Part shown: positions 30,326 through 60,035 of the stretch, piece after piece
Layout of the letters: every line of letters begins with the position of its first letter
Position numbering within the stretch: position 1 is the first letter of the stretch
NCBI RefSeq assembly: GCF_009914755.1
Contig: NC_060932.1
DNA: 64,000 nucleotides
Origin: the human T2T-CHM13v2.0 reference genome, Homo sapiens
Strand: one strand, 5' to 3'
Position numbers and translations under genes: made by a program
Notes under the pieces: generated by a model
The model's database searches: none
The model's input: only the letters and a program-made list of their open reading frames with translations
What the model was told of the DNA's origin: nothing

Positions 30326-30789
30326 TGAGCCACCGTGCCCGGCCACAAGATGCATTTTTCACACCTGCCACTTTGCCTCATCTGTCACCTTCACAGCTCC
30401 TAAGGGAGTCGGAGCTTGTGCCACCACCGCTACAGAGGATTAAGGGGTTTCCCTCTGGGGGCTCCAGAATATGCAAGCCAGGGTGTTTTTGGCTGCTTGA
30501 GCAAAGGATAAGACCTGCACTTCCCTGCTGGGTCCTCAGCCCTGAACATGGCAACCGACTGCTCCATGAGCTGCTGACTGCGGGTTTCTGAATGCGGGGC
30601 GGGGACGCCGTGCCTCCCTTTCCTGCTCACCTGTGTTTTCTGTACAAGCCCGTAACAGTAGTCAAATAAGGGAAACCAAAAAAAGGTATGTGAAAAATAC
30701 AAGGGCCAAATTATATAGCTTTGGTTTTTGTGGAAACTCACTCTGAAAGAAAAATTGTCAATATTGAGAAAAAGGCTTCAGAGGCAAAC

Positions 30790-32117
30790 TTCTGAGGGGC
30801 ATTTTTTATTATAAATTTAATATGGTTGATTAATGAAAAATGACAATGAAGTACCAAGAAAATGTTTGTCAATATAAAAATTTTAGCAGCATTTCCATAG
30901 TTTCAGGCTCCAACATTAGTCGTACTTCCTCCCTCCCGCTATCAAAAAAAGAAGAGACTCCAATGGGATGGAGTAGAGCCTGGGGGTGTCCAGCTTTGTG
31001 TGGGCCTCAGAGAAATACTCCATCCAGCATCCAGGATTCTCCCTCCCTCTCATCCCTGAAGTGCTAGAATGTCAAAGCACAGAAAAAGCCTCCTTTGTGC
31101 TGACATTGGAGACAAGGATCCGTTCTTCAGGCTGCAGGGAGAATTGGGATAGAAACTGACTCTGGACTTGACATGTAGTGCTCAGCCACACGCCCTCACC
31201 AACACCTGTGCATTCTCTACTCTGATGACAAGGAAAGGCCACTGCAAGGTGGGTGGGATCTGGGGTGTGGTGGCGGTGGCACTGCTGGTGGGAGCCACGG
31301 CGTGGCGCATGCTGGGTGACGGTGTCACCGCCACACACTGCTCTGGGGCAGGCGTGATCAGTGAGGGTGGGAGACAGACAATGTGAAAACGTAACACTGG
31401 CCAATGATTCCCCTGCTTCTTTGGTACTTTCCAAAATTCTCTGATCAAAAAAGTATAAGGGAAGCACACCATTAAAAAATTACAGTTTTACGTATTTACA
31501 AAAGCAATGATGATATATTACACAACAATCAATACACAGTATATGAACAAATCTTCAGTGAAAGCACTTGTGAGCTCCCGTCCCGCTGTCATCCCACAGC
31601 ACGCGACCTCTGCAGGGTCAGGTTGCCTGTTCTGAAGCTCATTACCTTACAGTATATTAGAAGGCAAAAACATCATTTGGAAAAAAAATCATTTTCCAAT
31701 CTACACTTTCCTTTTAGAAGGCTTAACATTTGCCATCGAAATAGTTATGTACAAGATTTATTGAATATTGACTTCTAGGCAATGATCTCCACTCCCAACT
31801 TGAATATGTTTGAAATAATGCTGCCTATTCTATGGATACAATAGATATTTAATAGATAAGTAACTGCACCACATTATATCACCACGATACCAGTTTAATA
31901 CATATTATTATGTACAGTAGTTAAGTTAGCTCGGGAAGGTGAGTCTCCGCAGCCTGGGTGAACAGTGTGGGATGGAGCCTCCTGGAAGGGAGGCAGAGAG
32001 CTGGTCATGAGAGAGCCGTGCACGGCCAGGATGTGTATGTGCGGCACGAGCACACATGTCTCCCACACGCCAACACCAGACCATCCCTTTAGCTGTTTGC
32101 AGCTGGAAGAAGACAAA
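30790..32117 (-). other. SLC20A2: SLC20A2 3'UTR
   Basis: Repeat-free sequence between stop and PAS, with an AU-rich block at ~31470-31925. Confidence 0.8.
30805..30810 (-). terminator. SLC20A2: SLC20A2 distal polyadenylation signal (AATAAA on -)
   Basis: TTTATT on + about 1.3 kb beyond the stop codon, at the end of a repeat-free 3'UTR; T-rich downstream sequence on - (30740-30780). Confidence 0.8.
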
Positions 32118-32282
32118 TCACACATATGGAAGGATCCCATACATGAGAAGAGCCATGACAGCAGCGCTGAACAGCCCAGCCACAGGGACGGTCACGAACC
32201 AGGCCACGAAGATGTTCCGAAAGAGGCGCCAGTCCACAGCCTTGCGGGAGCGGATCCAGCCCACGGCCACCACCGAGCCCAC
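32118..32282 (-). CDS. SLC20A2: SLC20A2 (PiT2) last exon (exon 11), coding part
   Basis: [54 protein letters not shown]; acceptor cccacag|; PiT family C-terminus. Confidence 0.98.
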   Translation of the reverse strand: MGSVVAVGWIRSRKAVDWRLFRNIFVAWFVTVPVAGLFSAAVMALLMYGILPYV

Positions 32283-32482
32283 CTGTGGGAGCAGACATTG
32301 CAAAGTAAAAACAGGTGAGCCACAAAGGCTACACTCTACCAATGTACATGGGCTAATCTCAGAAACAAGCTCTAGTACAACATTACCCAGTCCCCTACAT
32401 TTGTTAAAGCTTTTAAAATAGCTTAGATTTTAGGTAGAATTGTTTGGGGATTCTTCTCTTCAGCATATAGCTCTTTATATAG

Positions 32483-41046
<8,564 letters not shown>

Positions 41047-43060
41047 GCTATTTCAACTGGTGTAGAAGAGTCTGCCTTCAGCAGTCTTGCTTTAGTGTAG
41101 GTTAATCATTAAAAAGATGGCATTACATCTGTTTAAAAGCATTCCAAAAGACAACTGATGCCTATAGAAAAGTCATAAGCCCGTGTCCTTGGAAAAGAAT
41201 GTATTTAGTGACACGCGTCTCCTCCACGCTCCACACACCACAGTGAATGGAAGTGATGTGGAGTCCAGAGAAGATGTCACTTTTCATTCCTTATAGTCTT
41301 GTATTGTTTGAAATATTTCAGTGAATATGTGCTTCTCTGGTAAGTTTTAAATAACCCACATTAGGAAACTCACAATGAATGGGTGGCGGGCACACCTGCA
41401 CCTCTTCCTGCCTTCCTTCCCCATGCTTGCCAGGCGGAGCCGGGGAGGAGGACGCTGGCCATGCCGTCCATGTGGGAGCCTCAGCTGGGCTGCTCCCTGG
41501 CTGTGTAATCTCGGGCACGTTACTTAACTTTCCTCTGCCTCAGTTTCCTCATCTATGAAGCTGGGGAAGCTTCTTGGGGAGACCACCAGTGGAGTGCTTG
41601 CCCCAGGCACCTTGGCCATGGTCGGGCACCACAATGGTGCTGATGGGGACCTGAACGAGAAGGTGTGTGGCCTGAGGTGAAGATCTGAATCCTGGATCTA
41701 TCACATGTGGCTGTGTGCATGTGGGAAGCGGCTCAACTCTGAGGGAACCCAGTCTCCTCACCTGTGGACTGGGAGTGACAGTTCCGCCCCCACAGGCTTG
41801 CTGTGGAGAGGGAACGGTGTGCCATGCGTGTGGTGTTGAGCACGGTACCCAGCACTCTCCTGATGATCAGTAAGTGGGGGGATTTGTATACAGAAACTTT
41901 GTGGAAATTGAAGTATTTCTGTATATGGTAGCAAAAAAGGAAAAAACAAACTCTTTCCACTGAGGCTGATTCTTCATGCGTGGAGCCCCAGCTTTGAAAC
42001 ACGCTGCTGGGCCACTCCAGATACTCTTGTGAGGGCCACCTGACCTGGGTGTTTGAAGCATGAAGCCACTTGCCTTTGCTTGGCGTTGTCTTTTAAACAT
42101 ACTGGCTGGAATCTTAAAATTGTGAGTAAATAGAAACGTGGGTGGCTGTGTCTGTTTTGAGGGCTCATATATTCCTCCTGGTGCTGAGAGCTCTGCTCCC
42201 AAGCAGCAAACACCAATTAGTTTTTCTTGAATAATACAAATGAATGAACCTAGGAAAAATCTCAAAGTGACTTTCGCTTTGTTGAGACTGGTGAGTTTGT
42301 CTGTATACAGAGGCTCACCTGAGCTATTTTAGAAGTATCTGCAGATACTGGGCAGAGTTGGGTGATGAGACCGGGGCTCTGGTCCTCCCCACCTGGGTTC
42401 TGGTCCTCCCCACCCTGGCCACCTGTGGATCACTCCCTGAAACTCCCGGAACCCATTTCCTCTTCACTGGTCTTCAGGGCTCCTCCCTGCAGCTCCAACT
42501 TTCCACACCATGACCAGGAGCCCTCTCTTGTCCAGCTGCAGGTTTCAGAGCACTCCGCAGTGGTCAGTATCAGCAATTACCCCTCGTGGGGAATTTATGG
42601 CAATATAGTCACTTTGAACATCATATAAGGAACAAAACCAGAAACAACTGTGTCCTACAATTCCAGAGATGATTTGTGTTAATTTCTAACACTGTCAACC
42701 CCCAGTCCCCTCATTGGCTGGACCAAGTGGCAGGCTCCCAAGTGAGCCCACAGGTATGCCCAGCGCACACAGGATGCCAATCAAACTCCACTGTGGAAAC
42801 AGTGGGAGGATAGCAGGCCAGTCCCAGGCAGGCCAGCCCTGGCATTCTGCCTTGGAAAAGCCAGGTCTGAACGAGAGATAGTGTCGTCCTGCCGAGAGGA
42901 GGACGGTGGAGGGAACAGATGGAGGAATACAAGGTCCCGGAGACCTGGAGAACCTGGAGCTGCATTTTGCACAACCATCTACAGAGCCCTACAGCTTCCC
43001 TTGCATGCGCTCCGGTGGCCCTGGACCTGTCCCAGCGGCCTGGGGAAGGGCTCCCGGCTA

Positions 43061-43180
<120 letters not shown>

Positions 43181-44377
43181 TCACAGGTGCCCTCTGTATC
43201 AGCCTCCCTGACACCCCGTGGGTGCTAGAGGCTCACCAGAACATTCTCTGGGGTGACTGCCGACTGCTGACTGGGCAAGATCAATTTTAACAGAACAAGA
43301 GGCCGCTGCTCAACAACAGCAATTCCCACCAAGGCTGCATTTTCCTGTGCATGGGCCCTCAGCAGCCTGGCCTTCTGATACGTTTTCAAAGACCACACAC
43401 TGCAGTAACTGGGCCAGACATTCCTGCTGTGCAATAAGATAGTAAATCAGTCATTTCTAAAACGCAAAGGAAAAACTATGCTCTCATTTTAAAAATGTGC
43501 ACTAATTACAAAAGAGTGTATTTTTCTCGGATTACGAATTTTTCTTCAAATCAATCTTCTAAACTATCTTTTATTGAAATGAATTTCAAGTGAGAACTTA
43601 AAACTAGAAATTTTAAGTCTGTGTGTATATAGGAGGCTCACTGGAGCTATTTTAGCTTTCTCTGCAGATGCGGGGCAGAGCTGCGTGATGAAACCTGGGT
43701 TCCGGTCCTCCCCACCCCAGCTGCCTTTGGATCACTTCCTGAAACTCCCAGAGCCTGTAGGAAAAGGAAACTTCCCACATGTTTTAAAAAGACAGAGATT
43801 TCCTACCACAGGTGGCTCCAAATTTTGGTCATATTCTGAAAGTTCTGGAAGTTCCTTTAACCCCTGATGCAGCTGAAGGCTATGCGGTTGAGAGACCACA
43901 TTTAAAGCCTCCAGAGCTCACCCACAATGGCAGGGGGCGCCTCCCTGTCTGGCAGAGCAAGAGGAAAGTAACCCCAGCAGGGTGGTTGCTGAGAGCTGGG
44001 GTGGCCAGAGAACTTTCAGGAAAGGCCAGCCCAGGGGCCTGTTTAAGTCTGTGCCCTCCCTGCCCACCTGCCTTTGGCCCCCGTGCTGGCTGAGGGTGAG
44101 CTTCTCCTCTCTTCCCTGCCTGCTCTGCTCCACTACCCCTGCTTGTCTGCCCTTCCCACTCCTCATCTCAGGGACGCTGTGGCTGGGGGCCGGGCACAGT
44201 AAGGGAGGGCAAGGATAGGTGGCATGCTAGGTGGGGCCATTCTTGCCCACTGTCTCCTCCTCCCTGTGACCCGCTGCCAACTGCCAGTGCTGAGCAGGCC
44301 GTTCAGACACAGCCGGGAAGCTCTACCCAGGCCTCGGATGACAAGACCTGCCCTGCTCGTCCACCAGCCCAGGCTTA

Positions 44378-44593
<216 letters not shown>

Positions 44594-44623
44594 CTATATA
44601 TGCAAGCGGCAATGTACATGATA

Positions 44624-47298
<2,675 letters not shown>

Positions 47299-47384
47299 TA
47301 CATGGTGACTTTTGTCTTGAGCATAGCTCAACTTGGTGTATTTGAGGTTCACCTATATAATCTATTCATGGTCCAAATGATTTT

Positions 47385-48790
47385 TTTTTAATTTTGGTAA
47401 AAAGCATAACATAAAATTTACCATCGTAATCATTCTTATTTATAGTTCAGCAGTGTTAAGTATATTTACATTGTTGTGAAACAGATCTCCAGAACTTGTT
47501 CATCTTGCAAATGTGAAACTCTGCACTCTTTAAACAAATTCCCACTGCCCCTCCCCGCAGCTAATGGCAACCACCATCCTACTTTCTAGTTCTAGGAATT
47601 TGACTGCTGTAGACAGCTCATAGAAGTGGAATCATAGAGTATTTATCTTTTTTTTTGAGATGGAGTCTTGCTTGGTTGCCCAGGCTGGAGTGCAGTGACA
47701 TGATCTCGGCTCACTGCAATATCCTCCACCTGGGTTCAAGCAATTCTCCTGCCTCAGCCTCCTGAGTAGCTGGGATTACAGGCACGTGCCACCACGCCTG
47801 GCTAATTTTTTGTATTTTTAGTACAGATGGGGTTTCACTGTGTTAGTCAGGATGGTCTTGATCTCCTGACCTCATGATCCGCCCGCCTCAGCCTCCCAAA
47901 GTGCTGGGATTACAGGCATGAGTAGTATTTATCTTTCTGTGATGGTTTATTTCACTTAGCCTAATGTCCTCCAGGTTCATCCATGTTACAGCAAGTGACA
48001 GGACTTCCTTCTTTTTAAAGGCTAAATAATATTCCAGTGTATGCATGGACATAATTTGTTTCCATTCACCTGGCAGTGGACATCTGGGTTGTTCTCCCCT
48101 CTTGCCTATTGCAAACGGCAGTGCTTTGAACATGTGGTACAAATATCTCTTTGAGACTCTGCTTTCAATTCTTCTGTATGTATACCCGGAAGCAGGAATG
48201 CTGGGTCATAGGGGAGGTCTGTTTAATTTTTTGAGGAGCCTCCATCCTGTTTTCCATAGTGGTTACACCATTTTACACCCCCACTAATGGTGCACAGGGT
48301 TACAATTTCTCTACATCCTTGACAACACTTGTTACTTTTTTTTTTAAGTGGTAGCCATCCTAATAGGTGTGTAATTTATTATTATTATTTTTGAGAGAGT
48401 CTCCCTCTGTTGCCCAGGCTGGAGTGCAGTGGCACAATCTCACCAGGCTGGAGTGCAGTGGTGTAATTTCGGCTCACTGCAACCTCCGCCTTCTGGGTTC
48501 AAGTGATTCTTGTGCCTCAGCTTCCTGAGTAGCTGGGACCACAAGTGCCCAGAAACAGGCCCAGCTAATTTTTGTATTTTTAGTAGAGGTGGGGTTTCAC
48601 CATGTTGTCCAGGCTGGTCTTGAACGCCCGACCTCAGGTGATCCACCTGCCTCGGCCTCCCGAAGTGTTGAGATTATAGGCGTGAGCCACCACACCCGGC
48701 CTATTAAATGGATTATTTTTTTTTTTGAGACAGTCTCACTCTGTCGCCCAGGCTGGAGTGCAGTGGCATGGTCCCAGCTCACTGCAAGCT
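47385..48790 (-). mobile_element. L1MA/MB 3' end (~47385-48375) with inserted Alu (47648-47922) and adjacent Alus (48385-48701, 48715-48790)
   Basis: L1 3'UTR/ORF2-end motifs (ttcacttagcctaatgtcctccaggttcatccatgtt; the ORF2 C-terminal-like MNLEDIRLSEI peptide). Confidence 0.82.
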
Positions 48791-49169
48791 CTTGTCTCCT
48801 CCCCCAGCCAGCTGTGTAGACTGGGTATCACTGAGTCACTGAAACTGGATTCCAATTTGGCTTTGGTTTTGCTGTGTGGCCCTGAGCATCAGATCCCATC
48901 TCTGAGAGACACCCGCCCCTGGCTCAGAGGGATGTTAGAGACAGGGTGGGATAGGCCATGGCAGCTCAGTGCTGAGGCCTCGGGGCTCAACCTCGTGCTG
49001 AATGCATGGACGCCTCTTCTCACTCAGATGACTTCTAGAATGGTGCTTTCACCAGACGCTCTCCCTGCTCCAAAGCCCCAGAATAGTCCCCACGCTGCAA
49101 GCAACTCTTCGCAATTCTACAGTCACCCCGAGCAGCCACTGCCTAGATGCTTCCTTTGAAATGAAACAT

Positions 49170-49265
49170 GGTGTGTGTGTGAATGTGCGTGAGTCCATGT
49201 GTGAGTGTGCGTGTGAGTGCGCATGTGAGTGTGTGTGCGTGTGTGTGTGCATCTGAGTGTGTGAA
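49170..49265. repeat. Degenerate (TG)n/(CG) purine-pyrimidine tract
   Basis: gtgtgtgtgtgaatgtgcgtgagt...gtgtgtgtgcatctgagtgtgtg. Confidence 0.85.
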
Positions 49266-49995
49266 TGTTAGAGAATGTGTTGTTACTTTTCCACGGATAT
49301 GTTTTTCTCATCTCCCTAACTGGCGTTTAAACTTCTAATGGACGAGGACCCAGTTCCTAGCGCTCTGCCAGTACCAGGCCTTCTGGAAAGAATGCTTGAT
49401 GAGGAGGAGGAAGTGGGACGGTGTGGGGGCAGACAAAAAGTTACTAACATAGGACAGAGCATGCTGTCTCCAAGAAAATACCAAATAAAATACCACAGAA
49501 ATGCCCATATGATGCTGAGCAGAACATAAGATGCCCAGGTTCATCTGCAGCGAGACTTCTTTTACGAACAGCAGAGTTGCAGCTGCACGTGGGGAGGCAG
49601 TGTGCGTAGCCCATGGGGAGTCACTGACTGCGACAGAAGACGACAACGGCACAGTCCCCTGAAAGGTCAGTGGACTCACCATGACCGTGATGGCAAGAGC
49701 AGAAACGGACAGAAACCGAGCGAGTGGGGAGCACCATCCTGAGCATATTACACAGGGGAAGCCTGGGAGGTTAGGACTCGTTTTCCCCCATTTTACAGAT
49801 TGGGAAACGGAGACTTCGGAAAAGCACATGCCTTGTCTAGGGGTTACACAGCTGTAAGACGACAGCAGAGACCCAAACTTGGGGCTCTCAGGCCCCAGGA
49901 GGCCGCCCTGCTTCCTACACACCAGGCCTGGGCGTGGGGTGGGGCAGGTGGGGTGGGTGGGGTCAAGGTTGGAGGGTCATATCTGCCCATCCCTA

Positions 49996-50343
<348 letters not shown>

Positions 50344-50444
50344 TCACTTGAACTTGGGAGAAGGAGGTTGCAGTGAGCTGAGATTGCGCCACTGCACTCC
50401 AGCCTGGGGAACAGAGCGAGACTCCGTCTTAAAAAAAAAAATTA

Positions 50445-52058
<1,614 letters not shown>

Positions 52059-52365
52059 TAGCTGGGACTACAAGCGCGACACCATGCCCAGCTAACTTTT
52101 TTGTATTTTTAGTAGAGATGGGGTTTCACCATGTTGGCCAGGATGGTCTCAAGCTCCTAACCTCATGATCCGCCCACCTTGGCCTCCTAAAGTGCTCGGA
52201 TTACAAGCGTGAGCCAACGTGCCCAGCCCCAGCCTTTCGAATATAAGCGAAGGAAACACTCCCTACTATTTCATGGCACTTATCTCCAGAAGGCTGGGGA
52301 TGACTTATTAACATATACTTTCTTTTCTAAGTTGGCCATAAAGGACATGTAATATGGTTACCACT

Positions 52366-52405
52366 AAAAAAAAAAAACAAAAAAAAAAAAAAAAAAAAAA
52401 AAAAA
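52366..52405. repeat. Long poly(A) tract (~40 nt, one C)
   Basis: Direct read. Confidence 0.9.
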
Positions 52406-52994
52406 CATGGAAACATACAACAAAAGGGTAAAACTAATAATGTGGTATTTTCAAAACATCTTAAGTTCTCCTAAAAAGTGTCTTCCAGAAATTACTATGG
52501 CACTTGGCACATTTTTTCTGTTTCTAGAAACCAACACAAGGAGAATCTTTTTAAGAAACTCATCTTAGAGAAACTTCATACATGAGACAAAACCCACTTC
52601 GTGTGAGGTAGATATTCCAGGTGCCTCTGTTTTGATTTTGTTTTTAGAGACAGGGTCTCAGCTCTGTCACCCAGGCTGGAGTGCAGTGGTGCAATCATAG
52701 CTCACTCCAACTCCTGGGCTCAAGTCATTCTCCCGCCTGAGCCTCCCAAGCATCTGGGACTACAGGTGTGCACCATCATCCAGGCTAATTTTTTAGGTGC
52801 ATCTTAAAAGGTCAGTCATGAATGTCAAAGGCAGTATCTGAGATGAGTCAGGCAAAATGAATTTGCTTTCTCTGGGCCACATCTGAGACTGCACCTGTGG
52901 TAGGCAGGTGCCAGAACCCACCTTGCAGAGGTGGCAGTCACCAGGGCAGGCTTTGGTGAAGCTGTGCTCCCCTGGCACTGCCCACAAACATTGA

Positions 52995-53453
<459 letters not shown>

Positions 53454-53673
53454 TAACTCCTGGGGCATGGAGATCTGCATATGTAGCTGAGTGGGTGCAG
53501 CACAGACATACAGTGCGTGGCCCCAGTGCCTCCGGTTAGACTATAAACAGCTCTTGGAAGAAATCACAGGACAAGAGTGAGCCTGCTCTGCTGACTACGA
53601 AATGGTTTCCTGAGGCCTCCCTAGCTTCTGGGTTTTCTCAAATTATAAAACTGGGGGATCCTTTTGTGCATTA

Positions 53674-54012
<339 letters not shown>

Positions 54013-54139
54013 TTATTATTGAAACATGAATATTAAAAAGTGAATCTATATCTTTATGCTTTAGCACTGATTTTGGAAACAAAAAAAAAAGTTATAGCTA
54101 GATAGAGAAAATGAAGTTGAGGCCAGGTGTGGTGGCTCA

Positions 54140-54448
<309 letters not shown>

Positions 54449-55075
54449 TTACCTGGAAAACTCTAGCCAGAAAATTCAGCAATTGAGGAAAAGATGGAAA
54501 TTTAGGGCCCGAGTTATCATATCCAAAAACAACAACCAAAAAAGGGTCAGATCCGAATACCACAGTTCCCTCCAGCACTAATGTTCTGTAAATCTATAGC
54601 CACCCAGACTGGCCTTCTGTTTTCTTAAACTAACCTCAGAATCAGAAATTTCAATTTCTGAAAAATTGCCTTTTTCAGAAAGTCACATAAATAAAATAAT
54701 AAAATATGCGATTTTTGAGACTGGCTTTTTCTACTCAGCATAATGCCTTTGAAATCCATCCACGTTGTTACATGGATCAATAATTTGTTCCTTTTAATTG
54801 CTGAGTAGTATTCAAATGTACAAAGGCACCACAGTTTATTTATTCTGTGGATAATGTGGGTTTTTGGAGATTGCATATAAAGGTGCTATAAACATTCATG
54901 TGCAGATTTCTGTGTGAATTTAAGTTTTCATTTTTCCAGGGAAATATCTAGGAGTGGTTAAGAGTATATTTATGGCAAGTGCTAGCCATGTAAGAAGCTG
55001 CCAAACAGTTTCCCTGTACCATTTGACATTCCCATCAGCAACGTACGAGGTTCCAGTTCCTCTTCATTCTTCTAA

Positions 55076-55351
<276 letters not shown>

Positions 55352-56223
55352 TGAACTGCTCGCCTCAGCCTCCCAAAGTGTTGGGATTACAGGCGTGAGC
55401 CACCGTGTCTGGCCCCATCTATCTTCTTTGGTGAAGTGTCTATTCAAATATTTTGCTCTTTTTTTTTTTTTTTTTTTGAGATAGAGTTTCACTCTTTTTG
55501 CCCAGGCTAGAGTGCGCTGGAGTGCACTAGCGTGATCTCCGCTCACTGTAACTTCCGCCTCCCGGGTTCAAGTGATTCCCCTGCCTCAGCCTCCTGAGTA
55601 GCTGGGATTAGAGGCACCCACCACCATACCTGACTAATTTTGTATATTTAGTAGAGATGGGGTTTCACCATGTTGGCCAAGCTTGTCTCGAAATCCTGAC
55701 CTCATGATCCGCCCACCTCGGCCTCCCAAAGTGCTGGGATTACAGGCATGAGTCACCGTGCCTGGGCTATTTTGTTCTTTTTGTTTGTTTGTTTGTTTGT
55801 TTTGAGACAGAGTCTTACTCTGTTACCAGACTGGAGTGCTGTGGCGCGATCTCGGATCACTGCAACCTCTGACTCCATGGTTCAAGCGATTCTCCTGCCT
55901 CAGCCTCCTGAGTAGCTGGGATTACAAGCATGTGCCACCACGCCCAGCTAATTTTTGTATTTTTAGTAGAGATGGGGTTTCACCATGTTGGCCAAGATGG
56001 TCTCAATCTCCTGACCTTGTGATCCACCCACCTCAGCCTCCCAAACTGCTGGGATTATAGTCGTGTGCCACTGCGCCTGGCCTATTTTGCTCATTTTTTA
56101 ATTGAGTTATTTGTTTTCTAAAATGTGTTTTTATTTTTTGAATACAAGTCCTTTGTAGTTATGGGATGTGCAAACATTTTTTCCCATTCTGTTCCCGGTG
56201 CTTCTCACAGAGCAATAGTTTGA

Positions 56224-56507
<284 letters not shown>

Positions 56508-57409
56508 TAAAGTTCTGGGATTACAGGCGTGAGCCACCATGCCTGGCCCAACTTGTTCTTTTATAGAACATGTTTTTGGTGTCATATCTAAAAACCCTTT
56601 CTCAACCCAAGGTCACAAAAGTTTTCCCTTATATTTTTTTTCTAAAAGTCTTATTGTTTTTTAAATTTTATATTTAGATCTATGATGCATTTTAAGTTAA
56701 TTTTTAAAATAAGGTTTAGGTTAATGTTCTTATTTTGGCATATGGATGTCAAGTGTTCCAAAACCATTTGTTGAAAGACTGTCCTTTCTCCATTGAACTG
56801 TTTCTGTACCTTTGTTTAAAATCCATTTGCCACATTAGTGTGGGTCTATTTCTAGACTCTATTCTTGTTCCATTAATCTATGTGTCTCTCTCTTCCACAC
56901 TGCCTTGTGGCTTCATAACAAGTCGTGAAGTCAGGTTAATATGAATCCTCCAACTTTTTTCTTTTCCAAAATTGTTCCAGCTCATCTAGTTTCTTTGACT
57001 TTCTACATGAACTTTAAAAGTGGCTTGTCTAAATCTACAAAATATCCTGCTGGGATTTCTATTTAAATTGTCTAAAGTCTAGAGATGAATCTAAGAACTG
57101 GCATCTCTACTATACTGTCTTCCAATTCAGGAGCATGCTTTGTCTCATGTATTTTGGTCTTTTTCAAAAAGTGAATTTCCAAATGCAGATATATCCATAC
57201 CAAAATGTGACCCTATGGTACATGCTGAGACCAAATGTAAATATCTGTTTTTTGAGAGTTCTGTAAAAAGCATGTGGCTTCAAGGCTTGAAATTCAAATA
57301 TGGGGAATTGGGAATAGGAAAACAGCCTTGGCTGACTTCCTAAGCCATATTCTTCTTCTTTTTAAAAACTGTTTTCCTTTTAATAACATGTGTTTTATTT
57401 TTATTGCTT

Positions 57410-57580
57410 CGTTTTATTATATATGTTATAATTACTATAACTATAATAATACAATTATTATAGTACTATACAGTAGAGTACTATATTGTATATTATACTA
57501 TACAGTTATTGTATAGTATAATTGTATTATACCACAGTATAATTATTACAGTACTATAATAATACAATTATTATTATAGG

Positions 57581-57620
<40 letters not shown>
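57410..57620. repeat. AT-rich low-complexity tract ending in about 18 (TA) units
   Basis: Repeated tactata/tataat/cagta units, then (TA)n at 57582-57619. Confidence 0.9.
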
Positions 57621-57622
<2 letters not shown>

Positions 57623-58884
57623 AAATGTATACTTTTTTTTTTGAGACGGAGTCTCGCTCCGTCACCCAGGCTGGAGTGCAGTGGCACGATCTTGGCTCAC
57701 TGCAACCTCTGCCCCCCCGGGTTCAAGCAATTCTCCTGTCTCAGCCTCCCGAGTAGCTGGGACTACAGGCACCTGCCACCAGGGCCCAGCTAATTTTTGT
57801 ATTTTTAGTAGAGACAGGGTTTTATTTACCTTGTTGGTTAGGCTGGTCTCCTGACCAACGAACTCCTGACCTCAGGTGATCCACATGCCTCGGCCTCCCA
57901 AAGTGCTGGGATTACAGGTGTAAGCCACCATGCCCAGCCAAAAATGCATACATTTTAAGCATCCAGGTTATGACCTGCCGCAAGTGGGCACACTCTAAAC
58001 CCCTTCCCTGATGAAAACAAAGACATTTCATGTCCCTGATAAGTTCCTGAGCTGCCTTCTCCAACCCCCACCCATCCCAGGCGATCAGTGCTTTCTGTTG
58101 CTATAGATGAATTTTCCATATTCTTAAATTTAATGGAAAGATCCATAAAACTTTTAAATAAAAATTTAAGAAAATGTTATGAAAAATGCCAGCATGCAGA
58201 ATAGGTGCTCTTCCGGATCATGGGCTTCTGCTCAGTATCACGGCTGTAGGATGCCTTCAGCCGTCAGGTCCCCAGCAGTTCATTCTCTCTATTGCTGCGT
58301 GGTCGTCCATCGCATGAATTTACTCAATTTGGTTACCCATTTGCCTGCTGACCAACACATGGGTTGTTTCCACTTTGGGCTATTATGACAAAAAGATTTG
58401 TATACAAGTCTTTTTATGAACACGTTTTCATTTCTTTGGATAAATAGCTAGGAGTGAAATTACTGGCTCACATGGTAAGTGTAAGGTGAACTTTATAAAG
58501 AAACTGCAAACCTAACTTCCAAAGTGGTTGCACCATTTTAAATTTCAGCATAAACCTGGGAGAGTTCCAATTATTTCACTTCTTCACCCACATATGGAAT
58601 TGCAGGAACTTTGTACTCTTAGCCATTCTTGTGAGTGGGAAACAAAATCTCCTTGTGGAGTTAATTTGCATTTCTATGAAGGCTAATGTTTTTCCACAGG
58701 CTGGCAGAACTGCACTGCACGGTTAACTTCCAGTTACTCATGGCAACTGGGACCTTGCTGCCCACCTGGGTTACAACTTATCAAGAAAACGTATGAGCCA
58801 GAAAGCACTCAGGAACGGAGAGACAGAGGATGGGGTATGTTCTGGAGTCACCCACACTTCCATTTCCTCCATTAGTAAGGATCA

Positions 58885-59097
<213 letters not shown>

Positions 59098-59204
59098 TCA
59101 TTACTGGAAACTTCTGCAAGGTCAGGCCTCAGGGCGGTGGACTTCCCACTCCCCAAATCGAGAACGAATCACCTGGATTTTGTAGTGAATAAAACTCTCA
59201 ACTA

Positions 59205-59642
<438 letters not shown>

Positions 59643-59704
59643 TTAACAACTGGGCACAAACAGCATATTTAAGTTGGGATGAAATCCATTTACATATTAT
59701 TTCA

Positions 59705-59887
<183 letters not shown>

Positions 59888-59930
59888 TTAGCCAGGCGCG
59901 GTGGCAGGCGCCTGTAATCACAGCTACTCA

Positions 59931-60035
<105 letters not shown>

